Below, piece after piece: positions 38,733 through 53,326 of a DNA stretch of 62,407 nucleotides. A model generated the notes under the pieces. It saw nothing but the letters and a program-made list of their open reading frames with translations. It was not told where the DNA came from and did not search any database. Both the position numbers and the translations under genes were made by a program. The stretch's first letter is position 1. Each line of letters begins with the position of its first letter. The stretch is taken from positions 1 through 62,407 of the forward strand of contig DYIB01000001.1 of the NCBI GenBank assembly GCA_020723855.1. The letters are read 5' to 3'. The stretch is from Uliginosibacterium gangwonense. Lineage in GTDB: Bacteria; Pseudomonadota; Gammaproteobacteria; Burkholderiales; Rhodocyclaceae.

Positions 38733-39944
38733 TTAAGGAAGATTCCTGCAAAAGGCCTGGATGCGGCTGGCCGCCTCCAGGCATTCGGCCAGGGGGGCGA
38801 CCAGGGCGATGCGCACGAAATTCTCGCCCGGGTTCACGCCCTCGGCGCTGCGCGCGAGATAGCTGCCGGGCAGGACGGTCACATTATAGGCACGATACAA
38901 TTCGCGGGCGAACTCGGTGTCGGCGATAGGGGTGCGCGCCCAGAGATAGAAACCGGCCTGGGGCTTCGCCACCTCCAGATGGGTCGCGAGCAGGGGCGTC
39001 ACGGCGGCGAACTTCTCCCGGTAGAGGTGGCGGTTTTCCGTCACGTGTCCCTCGTCACTCCAGGCGGCGATGCTGGCCTGCTGCACCACCGGGTTCATGG
39101 CGCTGCCGTGATAGGTGCGGTACAGCAGGAACTGCTTGAGCACGCGGGCATCGCCGGCGACGAAGCCGGAGCGCAGGCCGGGCACGTTGGAGCGCTTGGA
39201 CAGGCTGGAGAACACCACCAGCCCGCGATAGTCGTCGCGGCCCAGTTGGCGCGCCGCCTGCAGCGCGCCCAGGGGCGGCTCGTCGAAATAGATCTCCGAG
39301 TAGCACTCGTCGCTGGCGATGACGAAATTGTAGCGGTCCGACAGCTCGAACAACTGGCGCCACTCGTCCAGCGACAGGACCTTGCCGGTCGGGTTGCCGG
39401 GCGAGCAGACATAGACGAGCTGCACCCGGTCCCATACGGCCGGGGGCAGGCGCGTGAAATCGGAGGCGAAGCCGTTTTCCGGCAAATGGTTGAGAAAGAC
39501 GGGCGAGGCGCCGGCGAGCAGCGCGGCGCCCTCGTAGATCTGGTAGAAGGGATTGGGGCACAGCACCAGCGGCTCGCTCCTGGAGGCGTCGATGACGCAC
39601 TGGGCGAAGGCGAACAAGGCCTCGCGCGAGCCATTGACCGGCAGCACCTGGGTGACCGGGTCCGGGGACGGTATGCCGTAGCGCCGCGCCAGCCAGCCGG
39701 CGATGGCGGCGCGCAGGGCGTCGCTTCCTGCGGTCGTGGGATAATGCGCCAGCCCGCCCAGGGCAGCCGTCAGCGCCGCCTTGATGAATTCGGGCGTCTC
39801 ATGCTGGGGTTCGCCGATCGACAGGCGGATCTCGCGCAGTTCCGCCGGCGGCGTTACGCCGTGAAACAGCAAACGCAGTTTTTCGAACGGATAGGGTTGG
39901 AGCTTGACGAGATGCGGATTCACGATGACCCGGGACGGCAGCAC
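38733..39944 (-). CDS. dapC: Succinyldiaminopimelate aminotransferase (class I aminotransferase)
   Basis: PLP-lysine context SLSKRSNVPGLRSG and N-terminal LQPYPFEKL. Start is ambiguous: GTG at 39944 or GTG at 39923. Confidence 0.8.
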   Translation of the reverse strand: MLPSRVIVNPHLVKLQPYPFEKLRLLFHGVTPPAELREIRLSIGEPQHETPEFIKAALTAALGGLAHYPTTAGSDALRAAIAGWLARRYGIPSPDPVTQVLPVNGSREALFAFAQCVIDASRSEPLVLCPNPFYQIYEGAALLAGASPVFLNHLPENGFASDFTRLPPAVWDRVQLVYVCSPGNPTGKVLSLDEWRQLFELSDRYNFVIASDECYSEIYFDEPPLGALQAARQLGRDDYRGLVVFSSLSKRSNVPGLRSGFVAGDARVLKQFLLYRTYHGSAMNPVVQQASIAAWSDEGHVTENRHLYREKFAAVTPLLATHLEVAKPQAGFYLWARTPIADTEFARELYRAYNVTVLPGSYLARSAEGVNPGENFVRIALVAPLAECLEAASRIQAFCRNLP

Positions 39945-39977
39945 CTTGGCTTTGATGTAAAAGGCGCATTATAAGCG

Positions 39978-40856
39978 ATGAAGAGCGCCGACCCCGCCAA
40001 GACCCTGGCCGTTTCCGCCCTGCTCGCCGGTGCCGTGGTGTGGGGCCTGATCTGGTATCCCTATCGACTCCTCGAAAGCGCGGGCGTCTCCGGCGCCCTG
40101 TCGTCCACCCTGACTTATCTGGCGGCGCTGCTGCTGGGCCTGGCGGTGCTGCGCAAGGCCTGGCGGCAGGCGCGCTGGTCCTGGATGCTGGTGCCCATCG
40201 CGCTGGCCGGCGGCGGCTGCAATCTGGGCTATGTTCTCGCCACCCTCCATGGCGAAGTCATGCGGGTGCTGCTGCTGTTCTACCTGGCCCCCCTGTGGAC
40301 CGTGCTGCTGTCGCGCCTGCTGCTGGGGGAGCGCCTCACCGGCGCCGGGGCCGCCGTCATCGGCTTTTCCGTCGCCGGCACCTTCGTCATGCTGTGGCAC
40401 CCCGCCCTGGGCGCCCCGTTTCCGCGCAACGGGGCGGAGTGGATCGGCATGGCGTCAGGTTTCCTGTTCGCCCTGACCAATGTGCTGGTGAGACGTGCCG
40501 CCCATCTGACCATCGAGATCAAGTCCCTGGCGGTGTTCGCGGGCGTGGTGCTGCTGGGCCTGGCGGCGCTGCCCCTGGAAGGCACCGAGACAGGCATGCA
40601 CCATGCGCCGAGCGTCTGGCTGATGATTGTGGTGATCGGCCTGGTGCTACTGGTCATCAACCTGGTGGTGCAGTACGGGCTGATGCGCGCACCGGCCAAC
40701 CAGGCGATCGTGATCCTGCTGTTCGAGCTGGTGGTGGCGGCCGTGTCCTCCTGGCTGCTGGCGGGCGAGGCCATGTCCGTCCAGGAATGGCTGGGCGGCG
40801 CCATGATCGTGACGGCGAGCCTGTTTTCCGGGCGGATGGAGGAGCAGAAGGCCTGA
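39978..40856 (+). CDS. EamA/DMT-family transporter
   Basis: 292 aa, about ten hydrophobic segments arranged as two EamA-like halves. Confidence 0.75.
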   Translation: MKSADPAKTLAVSALLAGAVVWGLIWYPYRLLESAGVSGALSSTLTYLAALLLGLAVLRKAWRQARWSWMLVPIALAGGGCNLGYVLATLHGEVMRVLLLFYLAPLWTVLLSRLLLGERLTGAGAAVIGFSVAGTFVMLWHPALGAPFPRNGAEWIGMASGFLFALTNVLVRRAAHLTIEIKSLAVFAGVVLLGLAALPLEGTETGMHHAPSVWLMIVVIGLVLLVINLVVQYGLMRAPANQAIVILLFELVVAAVSSWLLAGEAMSVQEWLGGAMIVTASLFSGRMEEQKA

Positions 40857-40858
40857 GC

Positions 40859-41278
40859 CTATCCCCGCGTATTGGACTGGGCGGGGAACTCCATCAGCGG
40901 CACCGGCTCTGCCGGCTTCCAGCCCTTCTTGCGGTGTTCCGCCATCACATTGGTGAAGATGCCGCCGCGCACGTAGAACTTGGCGGTGAGGCGCATGTAG
41001 CGCGGCCTGGTCGCCCGCACCAGATCGTCCAGGATGCGGTTGGTGACCGCCTCGTGGAAAGCCCCCTCGTTGCGATACGACCAGATGTAGAGCTTCAGGC
41101 TCTTCAGTTCGACGCAGGTCTTGTCGGGAATATAGTCGAGGACCAGGGTGGCGAAATCCGGCTGCCCGGTCTTCGGGCACAGGCAGGTGAATTCCGGAAT
41201 CTCCATATGAATCTGATAGTCCCGGGCCGGCTGCGGATTGGGGAAAGTCTCTAGGGTCTTCGATGGTTCGCTTGGCAT
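40859..41278 (-). CDS. queF: NADPH-dependent 7-cyano-7-deazaguanine (preQ0) reductase, type I
   Basis: 139 aa. QueF motif [14 protein letters not shown]. Confidence 0.9.
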   Translation of the reverse strand: MPSEPSKTLETFPNPQPARDYQIHMEIPEFTCLCPKTGQPDFATLVLDYIPDKTCVELKSLKLYIWSYRNEGAFHEAVTNRILDDLVRATRPRYMRLTAKFYVRGGIFTNVMAEHRKKGWKPAEPVPLMEFPAQSNTRG

Positions 41279-41385
41279 GGTGACTGTTCGGGGCCCGAAT
41301 GGGAGATGCTATTATATCGGCCCAATTTCCCAAGGCGCCCGGCACGGACCCGGGCGCTGCGCCAACAATTCACTTCTAGAGCACA

Positions 41386-44300
41386 GTGCGCCTAACCAAG
41401 CTAAAACTTGCCGGGTTCAAGACTTTCGTGGACCCGACGTCGGTTTTGTTGCCCGGCCAGCTCGTGGGCGTGGTCGGCCCCAACGGCTGCGGCAAATCCA
41501 ACATCATCGACGCCGTGCGTTGGGTATTGGGCGAATCCAAGGCCGCCGCCCTGCGCGGCGAGTCGATGCAGGACGTGATCTTCAACGGCTCCACCCAGCG
41601 CAAGCCCGTGAGCCGCGCCAGCGTCGAGCTGCATTTCGACAACTCCCAGGGCCGCGCCGCCGGCCAGTGGTCCCAGTACGCGGAGATCTCGGTCAAGCGC
41701 GTGCTCGAGCGCAACGGCGAGTCGTCCTATTTCATCAACAACATGCAGGTGCGTCGGCGCGACGTCATCGATCTGTTCCTGGGCACCGGCCTGGGGCCAC
41801 GCGCCTACGCCATCATCGAGCAGGGCATGATCTCGCGCATCATCGAGGCCAAGCCCGAGGAACTGCGCTTCTTCCTGGAAGAGGCGGCCGGCGTCACCAA
41901 GTACAAGGAAAGACGCAAGGAAACCGAGAACCGCCTGGCCGATGCCCGGGAAAACCTGGCGCGGGTGGACGACATCCGCAACGAGCTGGGCAATCAGATC
42001 GTCAAGCTGGAGGTACAGGCCGAAGTCGCCCGGAAATACCACGAGCTGCAGGGGCAGCTCACGCGCCGCCAGAGCCTGCTGTGGCTGTACAAGCGCAACG
42101 AGGCGCGCGCCGACCGGGAGCGCCTGGCGCGCGAGGTGGAGAAGGCCGCCACGCGCCTGGAGCAGGAGACCGCCAATCTGCGCGAGCTGGAAGCCAAGCT
42201 GGAACAGTCGCGCAGTGCCCACTACGAGGCGTCCGACGCCCTGCACGCGGCCCAGAGCGAGATGTTCGCCGCCAACGCCGATGTGGCGCGCCTGGAGGCG
42301 GAGCTACAGCACCTGCGCGACGCGCGCGCGCGCCTGGAAGCACGTCTGGCGCAACTGCACAACGACGAGGGCCACTGGCGCGGCCAGGCCCAGCAGCTGG
42401 AGCAGGACGAGCGCCGCTGGCAGGAGCTGCTGGAGAATGCACGCCTGCGCGTGGCGGCTTGCGCCGCGCGCCACGAGGAGGCCGCGGCGTGCCTGCCCGA
42501 GGCGGAAGCCACCCTGCAGGAGGCCGAGGCGGCGGCGAGCGGCGCCCGGCGCGAGCTGGCCCAGGCCGAGCAGAACCTGCGGGTGGAAGAAGCCCATCGC
42601 AGCCACGCCGACAAGGCCCTGGACAATCTCTCCCTGCGCCGCACGCGCCTGGAGGACGAGCGCGCCGCCCTGGCCGAGCCGGACATGGCGGCCCTGGAGC
42701 AGCTGCGCAGCCAGCAGGCGCAGCTGGACGCGGAGCTCGCGGCCAGGCGCGACCGGGTCGAGGAGCTGGAAGCGCGCCTGCCCGAGTGGGACGCCCAGCG
42801 CCGCGGCGCCCTGGAGCGCCAGCAGAGCGCCCTCAAGGCCCTCACGGAAGCCCGCGCCCGGCGCGACGCCCTGCAGCAGTTGCAGGAGCGGGTGCAGCAG
42901 AACGGGGAACTGGGCGACTGGCTGAAGCGCCACGGCCTGGAGGCGGTGGAACCCCTGTGGCGCCACCTGCAGGTGGAGCCGGGCTGGGAGACCGCCCTGG
43001 AGGCGGTGCTGCGCGAGCGCCTCGCCGCCCTGGCCGACGTGGACCAGGCTGCCGCCGAGCGCGCCCTGGCGGACCCGCCGCCGGTGACCCTGGCCCTGGC
43101 CTTCCCCGGCCACGACGGCGCCGGCGACGGCGATGCCCTGGAGTCCGATGTCCCCCTGCGCGACAAGGTCCGCTGCCAGGATGCGCGCTGGCAGGCGGCC
43201 CTGGCCGAATGGCTGCGCGACGTCTACGTCACCGAGGACCCGGCGTGGCTGGCCGCGCGCCGCGCGGGCCTGCCGGCCGGGCGCATCTGGGTGAGCCAGG
43301 CGGGCCACGTGGTGTCCCGTCACGGCTTCATCCTCTACGTGCCCGAGGCTCGTACCCACGGCGTGCTGGAACGCCAGAGGGAAATCGATCAGCTGAGCGA
43401 AGAGACGGTGCGCCTGGAGGAGGAGGCGGACATCGCCGCCGCTACCCTGGAGGCGGCCGAGTCCGGGCTGCGCGAGCACCAGGCTATGCTGAGCGACGCC
43501 CGCGGCGAGGTCGAGGAGCTGCGCCAGAGCGCCCATCGGGTGCAGATGGACGCGGTCAAGCTGAATCAGGCGGTGCAGCGCTACCAGGAGCGGGTGGCGC
43601 AGCTGGAGCGCGACCTGGAGGAGGTGGCCTTGGCGGAGGAAAGCGAACGGGGCCACAAGCTGCGGGCGGAGGCGGAGGCGGCGCGCCTAGCCTCGGTGGT
43701 GGCCGAGTGCCGCGCCCGGGTGGAGGCGGCGACCGACACCCACCGCAGCCGCGACACGGCGCTGCGCGAGCTGCGCGCCGCGGAACAGGCCCTGGCGCGC
43801 GAGCTGCAGGAGGCGCGTTTCTCCGAACGGGAATGCGCCACCAAGCTGGAGGAAATCGGCCGTTCGCGGGAAGTGGCGGCGCGCCAGCTGGAGCGCATCG
43901 CCTCGGAGCTGGAGGTGGCCGGCCAGGAGCGTGCCACCTTCGACGAGGAGGCCCTGCAGGAGCAATTGCAGCAGGCCCTGGAGCTGCGCCGCGCGCGCGA
44001 GGAGGCCCTGCATCGGTGCCGCGATCACCTGGAAGGCATTTCGGCCCAGCTGCGCGCCCTGGAGGAGGCGCGCCTGAAGAGCGAGCAGAGCCTCGATCCC
44101 CTGCGCGACAAGATCGGCGACCTGCGCCTGAAGGAGCAGGCCGCCCAGTTGAACGAGGAGCAGTATTGCGCGCGCTTCGCCGAGCTTGCTGCCTCCGAGG
44201 AAGAGCTGCAGCCCGAGCTCACGCGCGAGGTGAAGGAGGCGTCGCTCCAGGCCGACATCGCCCGCCTCAGCGAGGAGATCACCGCCCTGGGAGCGGTGAA

Positions 44301-44907
44301 CCTGGCGGCCCTGGACGAACTGGCCGCCGCGCGCGAGCGCAAGGGTTTCCTCGACAGCCAGTCGGAGGACCTCAACCAGGCCATCTCGACCCTGGAGGAT
44401 GCCATCCGCCGCATCGACCGGGAAACGCGGGAGCAACTGCAGAACACCTACAACCAGGTGAACAGCCATTTCGGTGCCCTGTTCCCCCAGTTGTTCGGCG
44501 GCGGCGAGGCCAAGCTGGTACTTACCGGGGAGGAGATCCTGGATGCGGGCATCCAGGTCATCGCCCAGCCGCCCGGCAAGAAGAACAGCACCATCCATCT
44601 GCTCTCCGGCGGCGAGAAGGCGCTCACCGCCATCGCCCTGGTGTTCTCCCTGTTCCAGCTCAACCCGGCGCCCTTCTGCATGCTGGACGAGGTGGACGCG
44701 CCCCTGGACGACACCAACACCGAGCGCTTCTGTGACATGGTCAAGCGCATGTCCCAGCACACCCAGTTCCTCTATATCAGCCACAACAAAATCACCATGG
44801 AGATGGCCCAGCAGCTCATAGGCGTCACCATGCAGGAGCGTGGCGTGTCGCGCGTGGTGGAAGTGGACATCGAGGAGGCGCTGCGCATGCGCGAGGAGGT
44901 GGCATGA
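41386..44907 (+). CDS. smc: Chromosome partition protein Smc
   Basis: 1173 aa. Walker A GPNGCGKSN, long coiled coils, signature LSGGEKALTAIAL and Walker B CMLDEVDAPLD. GTG start. Confidence 0.95.
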   Translation: MRLTKLKLAGFKTFVDPTSVLLPGQLVGVVGPNGCGKSNIIDAVRWVLGESKAAALRGESMQDVIFNGSTQRKPVSRASVELHFDNSQGRAAGQWSQYAEISVKRVLERNGESSYFINNMQVRRRDVIDLFLGTGLGPRAYAIIEQGMISRIIEAKPEELRFFLEEAAGVTKYKERRKETENRLADARENLARVDDIRNELGNQIVKLEVQAEVARKYHELQGQLTRRQSLLWLYKRNEARADRERLAREVEKAATRLEQETANLRELEAKLEQSRSAHYEASDALHAAQSEMFAANADVARLEAELQHLRDARARLEARLAQLHNDEGHWRGQAQQLEQDERRWQELLENARLRVAACAARHEEAAACLPEAEATLQEAEAAASGARRELAQAEQNLRVEEAHRSHADKALDNLSLRRTRLEDERAALAEPDMAALEQLRSQQAQLDAELAARRDRVEELEARLPEWDAQRRGALERQQSALKALTEARARRDALQQLQERVQQNGELGDWLKRHGLEAVEPLWRHLQVEPGWETALEAVLRERLAALADVDQAAAERALADPPPVTLALAFPGHDGAGDGDALESDVPLRDKVRCQDARWQAALAEWLRDVYVTEDPAWLAARRAGLPAGRIWVSQAGHVVSRHGFILYVPEARTHGVLERQREIDQLSEETVRLEEEADIAAATLEAAESGLREHQAMLSDARGEVEELRQSAHRVQMDAVKLNQAVQRYQERVAQLERDLEEVALAEESERGHKLRAEAEAARLASVVAECRARVEAATDTHRSRDTALRELRAAEQALARELQEARFSERECATKLEEIGRSREVAARQLERIASELEVAGQERATFDEEALQEQLQQALELRRAREEALHRCRDHLEGISAQLRALEEARLKSEQSLDPLRDKIGDLRLKEQAAQLNEEQYCARFAELAASEEELQPELTREVKEASLQADIARLSEEITALGAVNLAALDELAAARERKGFLDSQSEDLNQAISTLEDAIRRIDRETREQLQNTYNQVNSHFGALFPQLFGGGEAKLVLTGEEILDAGIQVIAQPPGKKNSTIHLLSGGEKALTAIALVFSLFQLNPAPFCMLDEVDAPLDDTNTERFCDMVKRMSQHTQFLYISHNKITMEMAQQLIGVTMQERGVSRVVEVDIEEALRMREEVA

Positions 44908-44965
44908 GCAAATGCAAGCGCTTTGCCCTCTTGCGCGCCTGCGGCGCGAGAATCGGGCGGGCGCC

Positions 44966-48080
<3,115 letters not shown>

Positions 48081-48106
48081 CGGGGCCATAAAGGAGAGTG
48101 AGAGCA

Positions 48107-48982
48107 ATGAAACGCGAGGTCAAGAAAGCGGTGTTTCCCGTGGCGGGGCTGGGATCGCGCTTCCTGCCGGCCACCAAGGCCAGCCCCAAGGAAATGATGC
48201 CCATCGTGGACAAGCCCCTCATCCAGTACGCCGTGGAGGAGGCCTGCGCGGCGGGCATCACCGACATGGTGTTCATCACCGGACGCACCAAGCGCGCCAT
48301 CGAAGACCACTTCGACAAGGCCTACGAGATCGAATCGGAGCTGATGGCCCGGGGCAAGAACGATCTGCTGCAACTGCTGCAGGACACCGTGCCCAAGGGC
48401 ATCAACTGCATCTATATCCGCCAGTCGGAACCCCTCGGCCTGGGACACGCCGTGCTGTGCGCCGCGCCGGTGGTGGGCGACGAGCCTTTCGCCGTGCTGC
48501 TGGCGGACGACCTGATCGACGGCGAGCCGCCCATCATGCGCCAGATGGTGTCGGTGTTCGAGCAGCATCAGTGCTCGCTGCTGGGCGTGCAGCAGGTGCC
48601 GCGCGAGCACACGCGCCAGTACGGCATCGTCAGCACCGCGCACGATGGGCCCGGCCCCTGGGCGATCACCGGCATCGTCGAGAAGCCGGCGCCGGAACAA
48701 GCCCCTTCGACCCTGGCGGTGGTAGGCCGCTACATCCTCACGCCGCGCATCTTCGAGCTGCTGCGCCGGGTGCAGCCGGGGTCCGGCGGCGAGATCCAGC
48801 TCACCGACGCCATCGCCGCCTTGCTGGAGCATGAGAAGGTATTGGCCTATCCTTTTACTGGAACCCGCTACGACTGCGGCTCCAAGTTCGGCTACCTGCA
48901 GGCGACCGTCGCTTTCGGCTGCAAGCACCCGGAGGTGGGGGAGGAGTTCTCTGCCTACCTGGCGAAGCTGAACCGCTGTTAG
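48107..48982 (+). CDS. galU: UTP--glucose-1-phosphate uridylyltransferase
   Basis: 291 aa. [30 protein letters not shown] lies 8 nt before the ATG at 48107. Confidence 0.9.
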   Translation: MKREVKKAVFPVAGLGSRFLPATKASPKEMMPIVDKPLIQYAVEEACAAGITDMVFITGRTKRAIEDHFDKAYEIESELMARGKNDLLQLLQDTVPKGINCIYIRQSEPLGLGHAVLCAAPVVGDEPFAVLLADDLIDGEPPIMRQMVSVFEQHQCSLLGVQQVPREHTRQYGIVSTAHDGPGPWAITGIVEKPAPEQAPSTLAVVGRYILTPRIFELLRRVQPGSGGEIQLTDAIAALLEHEKVLAYPFTGTRYDCGSKFGYLQATVAFGCKHPEVGEEFSAYLAKLNRC

Positions 48983-49100
48983 CGGGTGGGTCCGGACTTA
49001 TCGCCGGCTACAAAAGTCTTATGACTCGTGTTGTTAATAAGAATATACTAATATTTCCTGGCTCCCGGCCGGGACCCAACGACAGAGCGAGGAGAGACGG

Positions 49101-49469
49101 ATGGCAGACAAATTGATGATCGTGATGGTGAATACCGATCCGAAGAACGGCGCCGAACTGGGGGCACCGTTCTTTCAGGCGACCGTTGCCGCGGCGATGG
49201 AATATGAAGTGGAAGTGATCCTCACGGCCGGCGCCGGTGCCCTGGCGGTCAAGGGCGTGGCGGAGAAGCTGCGGGTGAAGGAGGGCTCTCCCAAGACGGT
49301 CTATGACTTCATCAAGGACGCCCACGAGGCCGGGGTGAAGTTCAAGGTGTGCACGCCCACTCTGGACCTTTGGGGCGAGGACCTGATCCCGGAGATCGAG
49401 GAGACCGTGGGCGGTGCCTACGTCATCTCCCGGGCCATGGACGACGACGTCGTCACATTCACTTATTGA
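49101..49469 (+). CDS. DsrE/DsrF-like family protein, function unknown
   Basis: 122 aa, with a pattern resembling the small DsrE-fold proteins. GAGGAGAG SD. Confidence 0.55.
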   Translation: MADKLMIVMVNTDPKNGAELGAPFFQATVAAAMEYEVEVILTAGAGALAVKGVAEKLRVKEGSPKTVYDFIKDAHEAGVKFKVCTPTLDLWGEDLIPEIEETVGGAYVISRAMDDDVVTFTY

Positions 49470-49476
49470 GGGCAAG

Positions 49477-50025
49477 GTGTTATCGGCGGCGGAAGCGAAG
49501 GAAGTTTTGGCCGCGGCGGATCTGATCTGCCCCGAGGAGGAAGTGGCCGCCGCCGTGCGGCGCGTGGCGCAAGAAGTGGAACGGGCGCTGGGGGATGCCT
49601 GTCCCCTGGTGCTCGGCGTCATGGGCGGCGCCGTGGTGTTCACCGGGCAGTTGCTGCCCCTGCTGCGCTTCCCCCTGCACTTCGACTACGTGCATGTCAC
49701 CCGGTACGGCTCCTCCACCGCCGGCGGCGAGGTGCGCTGGATCGCCGCCCCGCGCCAGTCGGTGGCCGGCCGTACCCTGCTGGTGGTGGACGATATCCTG
49801 GACGAAGGCATCACCCTGGCGGCGATCAAGCGCCAGCTCCTGGAACTGGGGGCGGCTTCCGTCTATACCGCCGTGTTCGCCGACAAGCAGATCGGCCGGG
49901 AGAAGCCCATCGCCGCCGACTTCGTCGGCGTCAAGCTGCCCAACCGCTATGTCTTCGGCTTCGGCATGGATGTCTCGGGCGCCTGGCGCAATCTTCCGGC
50001 GATCTACGCCGTCAAGGGCATGTAG
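49477..50025 (+). CDS. hpt: Hypoxanthine(-guanine) phosphoribosyltransferase
   Basis: 182 aa from the GTG at 49477 (GAGGG upstream). PRPP motif LLVVDDILDEGITL. The track ORF start overlaps the preceding gene. Confidence 0.8.
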   Translation: MLSAAEAKEVLAAADLICPEEEVAAAVRRVAQEVERALGDACPLVLGVMGGAVVFTGQLLPLLRFPLHFDYVHVTRYGSSTAGGEVRWIAAPRQSVAGRTLLVVDDILDEGITLAAIKRQLLELGAASVYTAVFADKQIGREKPIAADFVGVKLPNRYVFGFGMDVSGAWRNLPAIYAVKGM

Positions 50026-50026
50026 G

Positions 50027-51850
50027 CTACGCCGAAACTTCGCGGCCCTGGCGGCGCCGCTCGTTTTCTTTCAGATACCGCTTGCGCAGCCGGATCGACT
50101 TGGGCGTGATCTCCACCAGCTCGTCGTCGGCGATGAACTCGACGGCGCTTTCCAGGGTGAGCTGGATGGGCGGCGTGAGTAGGATGGCCTCGTCCTTGCC
50201 CGAGGCGCGGATGTTGGTGAGCTGCTTGGTCCGGATGGGGTTCACCACCAGGTCGTTGTCGCGCGAGTGGATGCCGATGATCATGCCCTCGTAGAGCGGG
50301 TCCCCGGGACTGACGAACATGCGGCCGCGCTCCTGCAGCTTCCACAGGGCATAGGCCACCGCTTCGCCCTGCTCGGCGGAGATGAGCACGCCGTTGCGGC
50401 GCGCGGCGATGTCGCCTTTCATGGGCGCGTATTCGTCGAACACATGGCTCATGATGCCGGTACCCCGGGTCATGGTCAGGAAATCCGACTGGAAGCCGAT
50501 CAGTCCGCGCGCCGGGATGCGGTATTCCAGGCGCACCCGGCCCTTGCCGTCCGGCTGCATGTCCTGCAGGTCGCCGCGGCGCCGCCCCAGTTCCTCCATC
50601 ACGGTCCCCTGGTGGGCTTCCTCGCAATCGACGGTGAGCATCTCGTAGGGCTCGCACTTGACCCCATCGATGTCCTTGATCACCACCTTGGGTCGCGATA
50701 CGGCCAGCTCGTAGCCTTCGCGCCGCATGTTCTCCAGCAGGATGGTCAGATGCAGCTCGCCGCGCCCGGATACCAGGAACACGTCGGCGTCCTCCGTGTC
50801 TTCCACCCGCAGCGCCACGTTACTCATCAGCTCCCGGGCCAGGCGCTCGCGTAGCTGGCGGCTGGTGACGTACTTGCCCTCGCGTCCGGCGAAGGGCGAA
50901 GTGTTCACCTGGAAGTTCATGGTCAGGGTCGGCTCGTCCACGGAGAGCAGGGGCAGGGCCTCGGGCCGGGCCGGATCGGCGAGGGTGACGCCGATACCCA
51001 CTTCCTCGATGCCGTTGACCAGCACAATGTCGCCGGCTTCCGCCTCGGCCGTGAGCACCCGTTCCAGTCCCTTGAATACCTGGACCTGGTTCACCTTGGC
51101 CTTCACCGGGGCGGTGTCGTCCGGCCCGCGCATCACCAGCACTTCCTGGGCGGCGCGCAGCCTGCCGCGCTTGATGCGGCCGATGCCGATGCGGCCGACA
51201 AAGCTGGAATAGTCCAGGGAGCAGATCTGCAGCTGCAGCGGTCCTTCCGCGTCCACCTCGGGGGGCGGTACATGGTTCAGGATGGCGTCGAACAGGGGTT
51301 GCATGTCCGTGCCCGGCCGGCTCGCGTCCAGCATGGCGTAGCCGGCCAGGGCCGAGGCATAGACCACCGGGAAGTCCAGTTGCTCCTCGGTCGCCCCCAG
51401 CTTGTCGAACAGGTCGAAGGTGTGGTTCACCACCCAGTCGGGCCGGGCGCCGGGGCGGTCGATCTTGTTGATCACGACGATGGGCTTCAGCCCCCGGGCC
51501 AGCGCCTTGCGCGTGACGAAGCGGGTCTGGGGCATGGGGCCCTCGACCGCATCCACCAGCAGCAGCACCCCGTCCACCATGGACAGCACCCGTTCCACTT
51601 CGCCGCCGAAATCGGCGTGTCCCGGCGTGTCCACGATATTGATGTGGGTATTGCGGTACTCGATGGCGCAGTTCTTCGCCAGGATGGTGATGCCGCGCTC
51701 CCGCTCCAGGTCGTTGGAATCCATCACCCGCTCGGCTACCTGCTTGTGGGCGGCGAAGGTGCCGGATTGCTTCAGGAGCTGGTCGACCAAGGTCGTCTTG
51801 CCATGGTCCACGTGGGCGATGATGGCGATGTTGCGGATGGAGCGGGACAT
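50027..51850 (-). CDS. typA: Translational GTPase TypA/BipA
   Basis: 607 aa starting at [29 protein letters not shown] and NKID motifs. Confidence 0.95.
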   Translation of the reverse strand: MSRSIRNIAIIAHVDHGKTTLVDQLLKQSGTFAAHKQVAERVMDSNDLERERGITILAKNCAIEYRNTHINIVDTPGHADFGGEVERVLSMVDGVLLLVDAVEGPMPQTRFVTRKALARGLKPIVVINKIDRPGARPDWVVNHTFDLFDKLGATEEQLDFPVVYASALAGYAMLDASRPGTDMQPLFDAILNHVPPPEVDAEGPLQLQICSLDYSSFVGRIGIGRIKRGRLRAAQEVLVMRGPDDTAPVKAKVNQVQVFKGLERVLTAEAEAGDIVLVNGIEEVGIGVTLADPARPEALPLLSVDEPTLTMNFQVNTSPFAGREGKYVTSRQLRERLARELMSNVALRVEDTEDADVFLVSGRGELHLTILLENMRREGYELAVSRPKVVIKDIDGVKCEPYEMLTVDCEEAHQGTVMEELGRRRGDLQDMQPDGKGRVRLEYRIPARGLIGFQSDFLTMTRGTGIMSHVFDEYAPMKGDIAARRNGVLISAEQGEAVAYALWKLQERGRMFVSPGDPLYEGMIIGIHSRDNDLVVNPIRTKQLTNIRASGKDEAILLTPPIQLTLESAVEFIADDELVEITPKSIRLRKRYLKENERRRQGREVSA

Positions 51851-51989
51851 GGGAAAGATACCGAGAAGGGGCCGCACAGGGCGTTACAGGCGGCGTGGGC
51901 GTTACTCAAAAGGCGCGGATTGTAGCACGCGGCAGACGACCACTACGACATGCTAGAATCGGCGCCGTTCAACGACAGAAGACGACAGG

Positions 51990-52742
51990 ATGCTTGCAAT
52001 CATCGGCGGCAGCGGCCTGACCCAGCTCGCCAACCTCGACGTGCAGCGCCGCGAGATGGTGCGCACGCCTTACGGCGAGCCGTCCGGACCGCTCACCTTC
52101 GGCCTGATCTGCAACCAGCCGGCGGTGTTCTTGGCGCGCCATGGCTACGGCCATACCATCCCGCCCCATGAAGTGAATGATCGCGCCAACATCTGGGCGC
52201 TGGCCAACGCCAAGGTCACCCAGGTGGTGTCGGTAGCGTCCGTGGGCGGCATCCGGGACGGCCTCAAGCCGGGTACCCTGGTCGTGCCCCACCAGATCAT
52301 CGACTACACCTGGGGGCGCAAATCCACCTATCACGAGGGCCCTGGGCGTCCGGTGGTGCATATCGATTTCACCGAGCCCTATGACGAGAGCCTGCGCCGG
52401 CGCCTGCTGAAGGCGGCCAAGCTGGCGGGCGAGGATGTCCTGGACGGCGGCGTCTATGCCGCCACCCAGGGCCCGCGGCTGGAGACGGCCGCCGAGATCG
52501 CCCGCCTGGAGCGGGACGGCGCCGACATGGTGGGCATGACGGGCATGCCGGAAGCCGCCCTGGCGCGCGAGATGGGCCTGCCCTACGCCGCCATCGCGGT
52601 GGTGGTCAACTACGCCGCGGGCCGGGGCGACAGCATCCATGCCATCCATTTCGACAACCTGCAGGACGCCCTGCAAAAGTCCATGGTGCGCGTGCGCCGC
52701 ATCATCGAGCACGTGTGCCAGCTGCCGCCGGAGCAGCCGTGA
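51990..52742 (+). CDS. mtnP: S-methyl-5'-thioadenosine/thioinosine phosphorylase
   Basis: 250 aa. MTAP/PNP-family sequence ([23 protein letters not shown]). Confidence 0.8.
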   Translation: MLAIIGGSGLTQLANLDVQRREMVRTPYGEPSGPLTFGLICNQPAVFLARHGYGHTIPPHEVNDRANIWALANAKVTQVVSVASVGGIRDGLKPGTLVVPHQIIDYTWGRKSTYHEGPGRPVVHIDFTEPYDESLRRRLLKAAKLAGEDVLDGGVYAATQGPRLETAAEIARLERDGADMVGMTGMPEAALAREMGLPYAAIAVVVNYAAGRGDSIHAIHFDNLQDALQKSMVRVRRIIEHVCQLPPEQP

Positions 52743-53269
52743 TCCGTGAAGTCCTGCGCATGGGCGACCCGCGCCTGCTGCGCGTGGCGCAGCCGGTGAC
52801 GGCCTTCGCCACCCCTGAACTCGACGCCCTGCTGCGGGACATGGAGGACACCATGCGCCACCTGAACGGCGCCGGGCTGGCCGCGCCCCAGATCGGCGTG
52901 GACCTGCGGGTGGTGATCTTCGGCTTCGAGGCCAATCCGCGCTATCCCCAGGCGGAACCGGTGCCTTACACGGTGCTCATCAATCCCGAGATCACGCCCC
53001 TGTCCGACGAGCTGGAAGAGGGCTGGGAGGGCTGCCTGTCGCTGCCGGGCCTGCGCGGCGTGGTGCCGCGCTACCGGCATGTGCGCTACGGCGGCTGCAA
53101 CGCCGCGGGCGAACGCTTCGAGCGGGAGGTGACGGGCTTTCATGCGCGGGTGGTGCAGCACGAATGCGACCACCTGGACGGCGTCCTCTACCCCATGCGC
53201 ATGCGCGACTTGAGCCGCTTCGGCTTCACCGACGTCCTGTTCCCGGACATCGCCGTTCCCGAAGACTGA
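52739..53269 (+). CDS. def: Peptide deformylase
   Basis: 176 aa from a GTG that overlaps the mtnP stop (GTGA). Motifs [15 protein letters not shown] and HECDH. Confidence 0.9.
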   Translation: MIREVLRMGDPRLLRVAQPVTAFATPELDALLRDMEDTMRHLNGAGLAAPQIGVDLRVVIFGFEANPRYPQAEPVPYTVLINPEITPLSDELEEGWEGCLSLPGLRGVVPRYRHVRYGGCNAAGERFEREVTGFHARVVQHECDHLDGVLYPMRMRDLSRFGFTDVLFPDIAVPED

Positions 53270-53326
53270 GTTTTTCCCGGTCTATACTGGAATCACCGGA
53301 CCTGCTTTCCGGGAAGGAGGTTGAAC

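Noticed and set aside
41279-41385. Possible preQ1 riboswitch upstream of queF
   Set aside because: The short leader shows no preQ1-type hairpin with an A-rich tail. Only an overlapping TATAAT/TATTAT pair for the divergent queF and smc promoters is visible.
48983-49100. AT-rich stretch (gttgttaataagaatatactaatatt) upstream of the DsrE-like gene, considered as a defined promoter
   Set aside because: I could not find a -35/-10 pair with acceptable spacing. It is left unannotated.
50023-50029. Convergent hpt and typA stops 1 nt apart (TAGGCTA), and EamA/queF stops 2 nt apart at 40854-40861; considered as unusual terminator-less junctions
   Set aside because: Tight convergent packing is common in compact high-GC genomes. 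No additional structure was seen that needs explanation.
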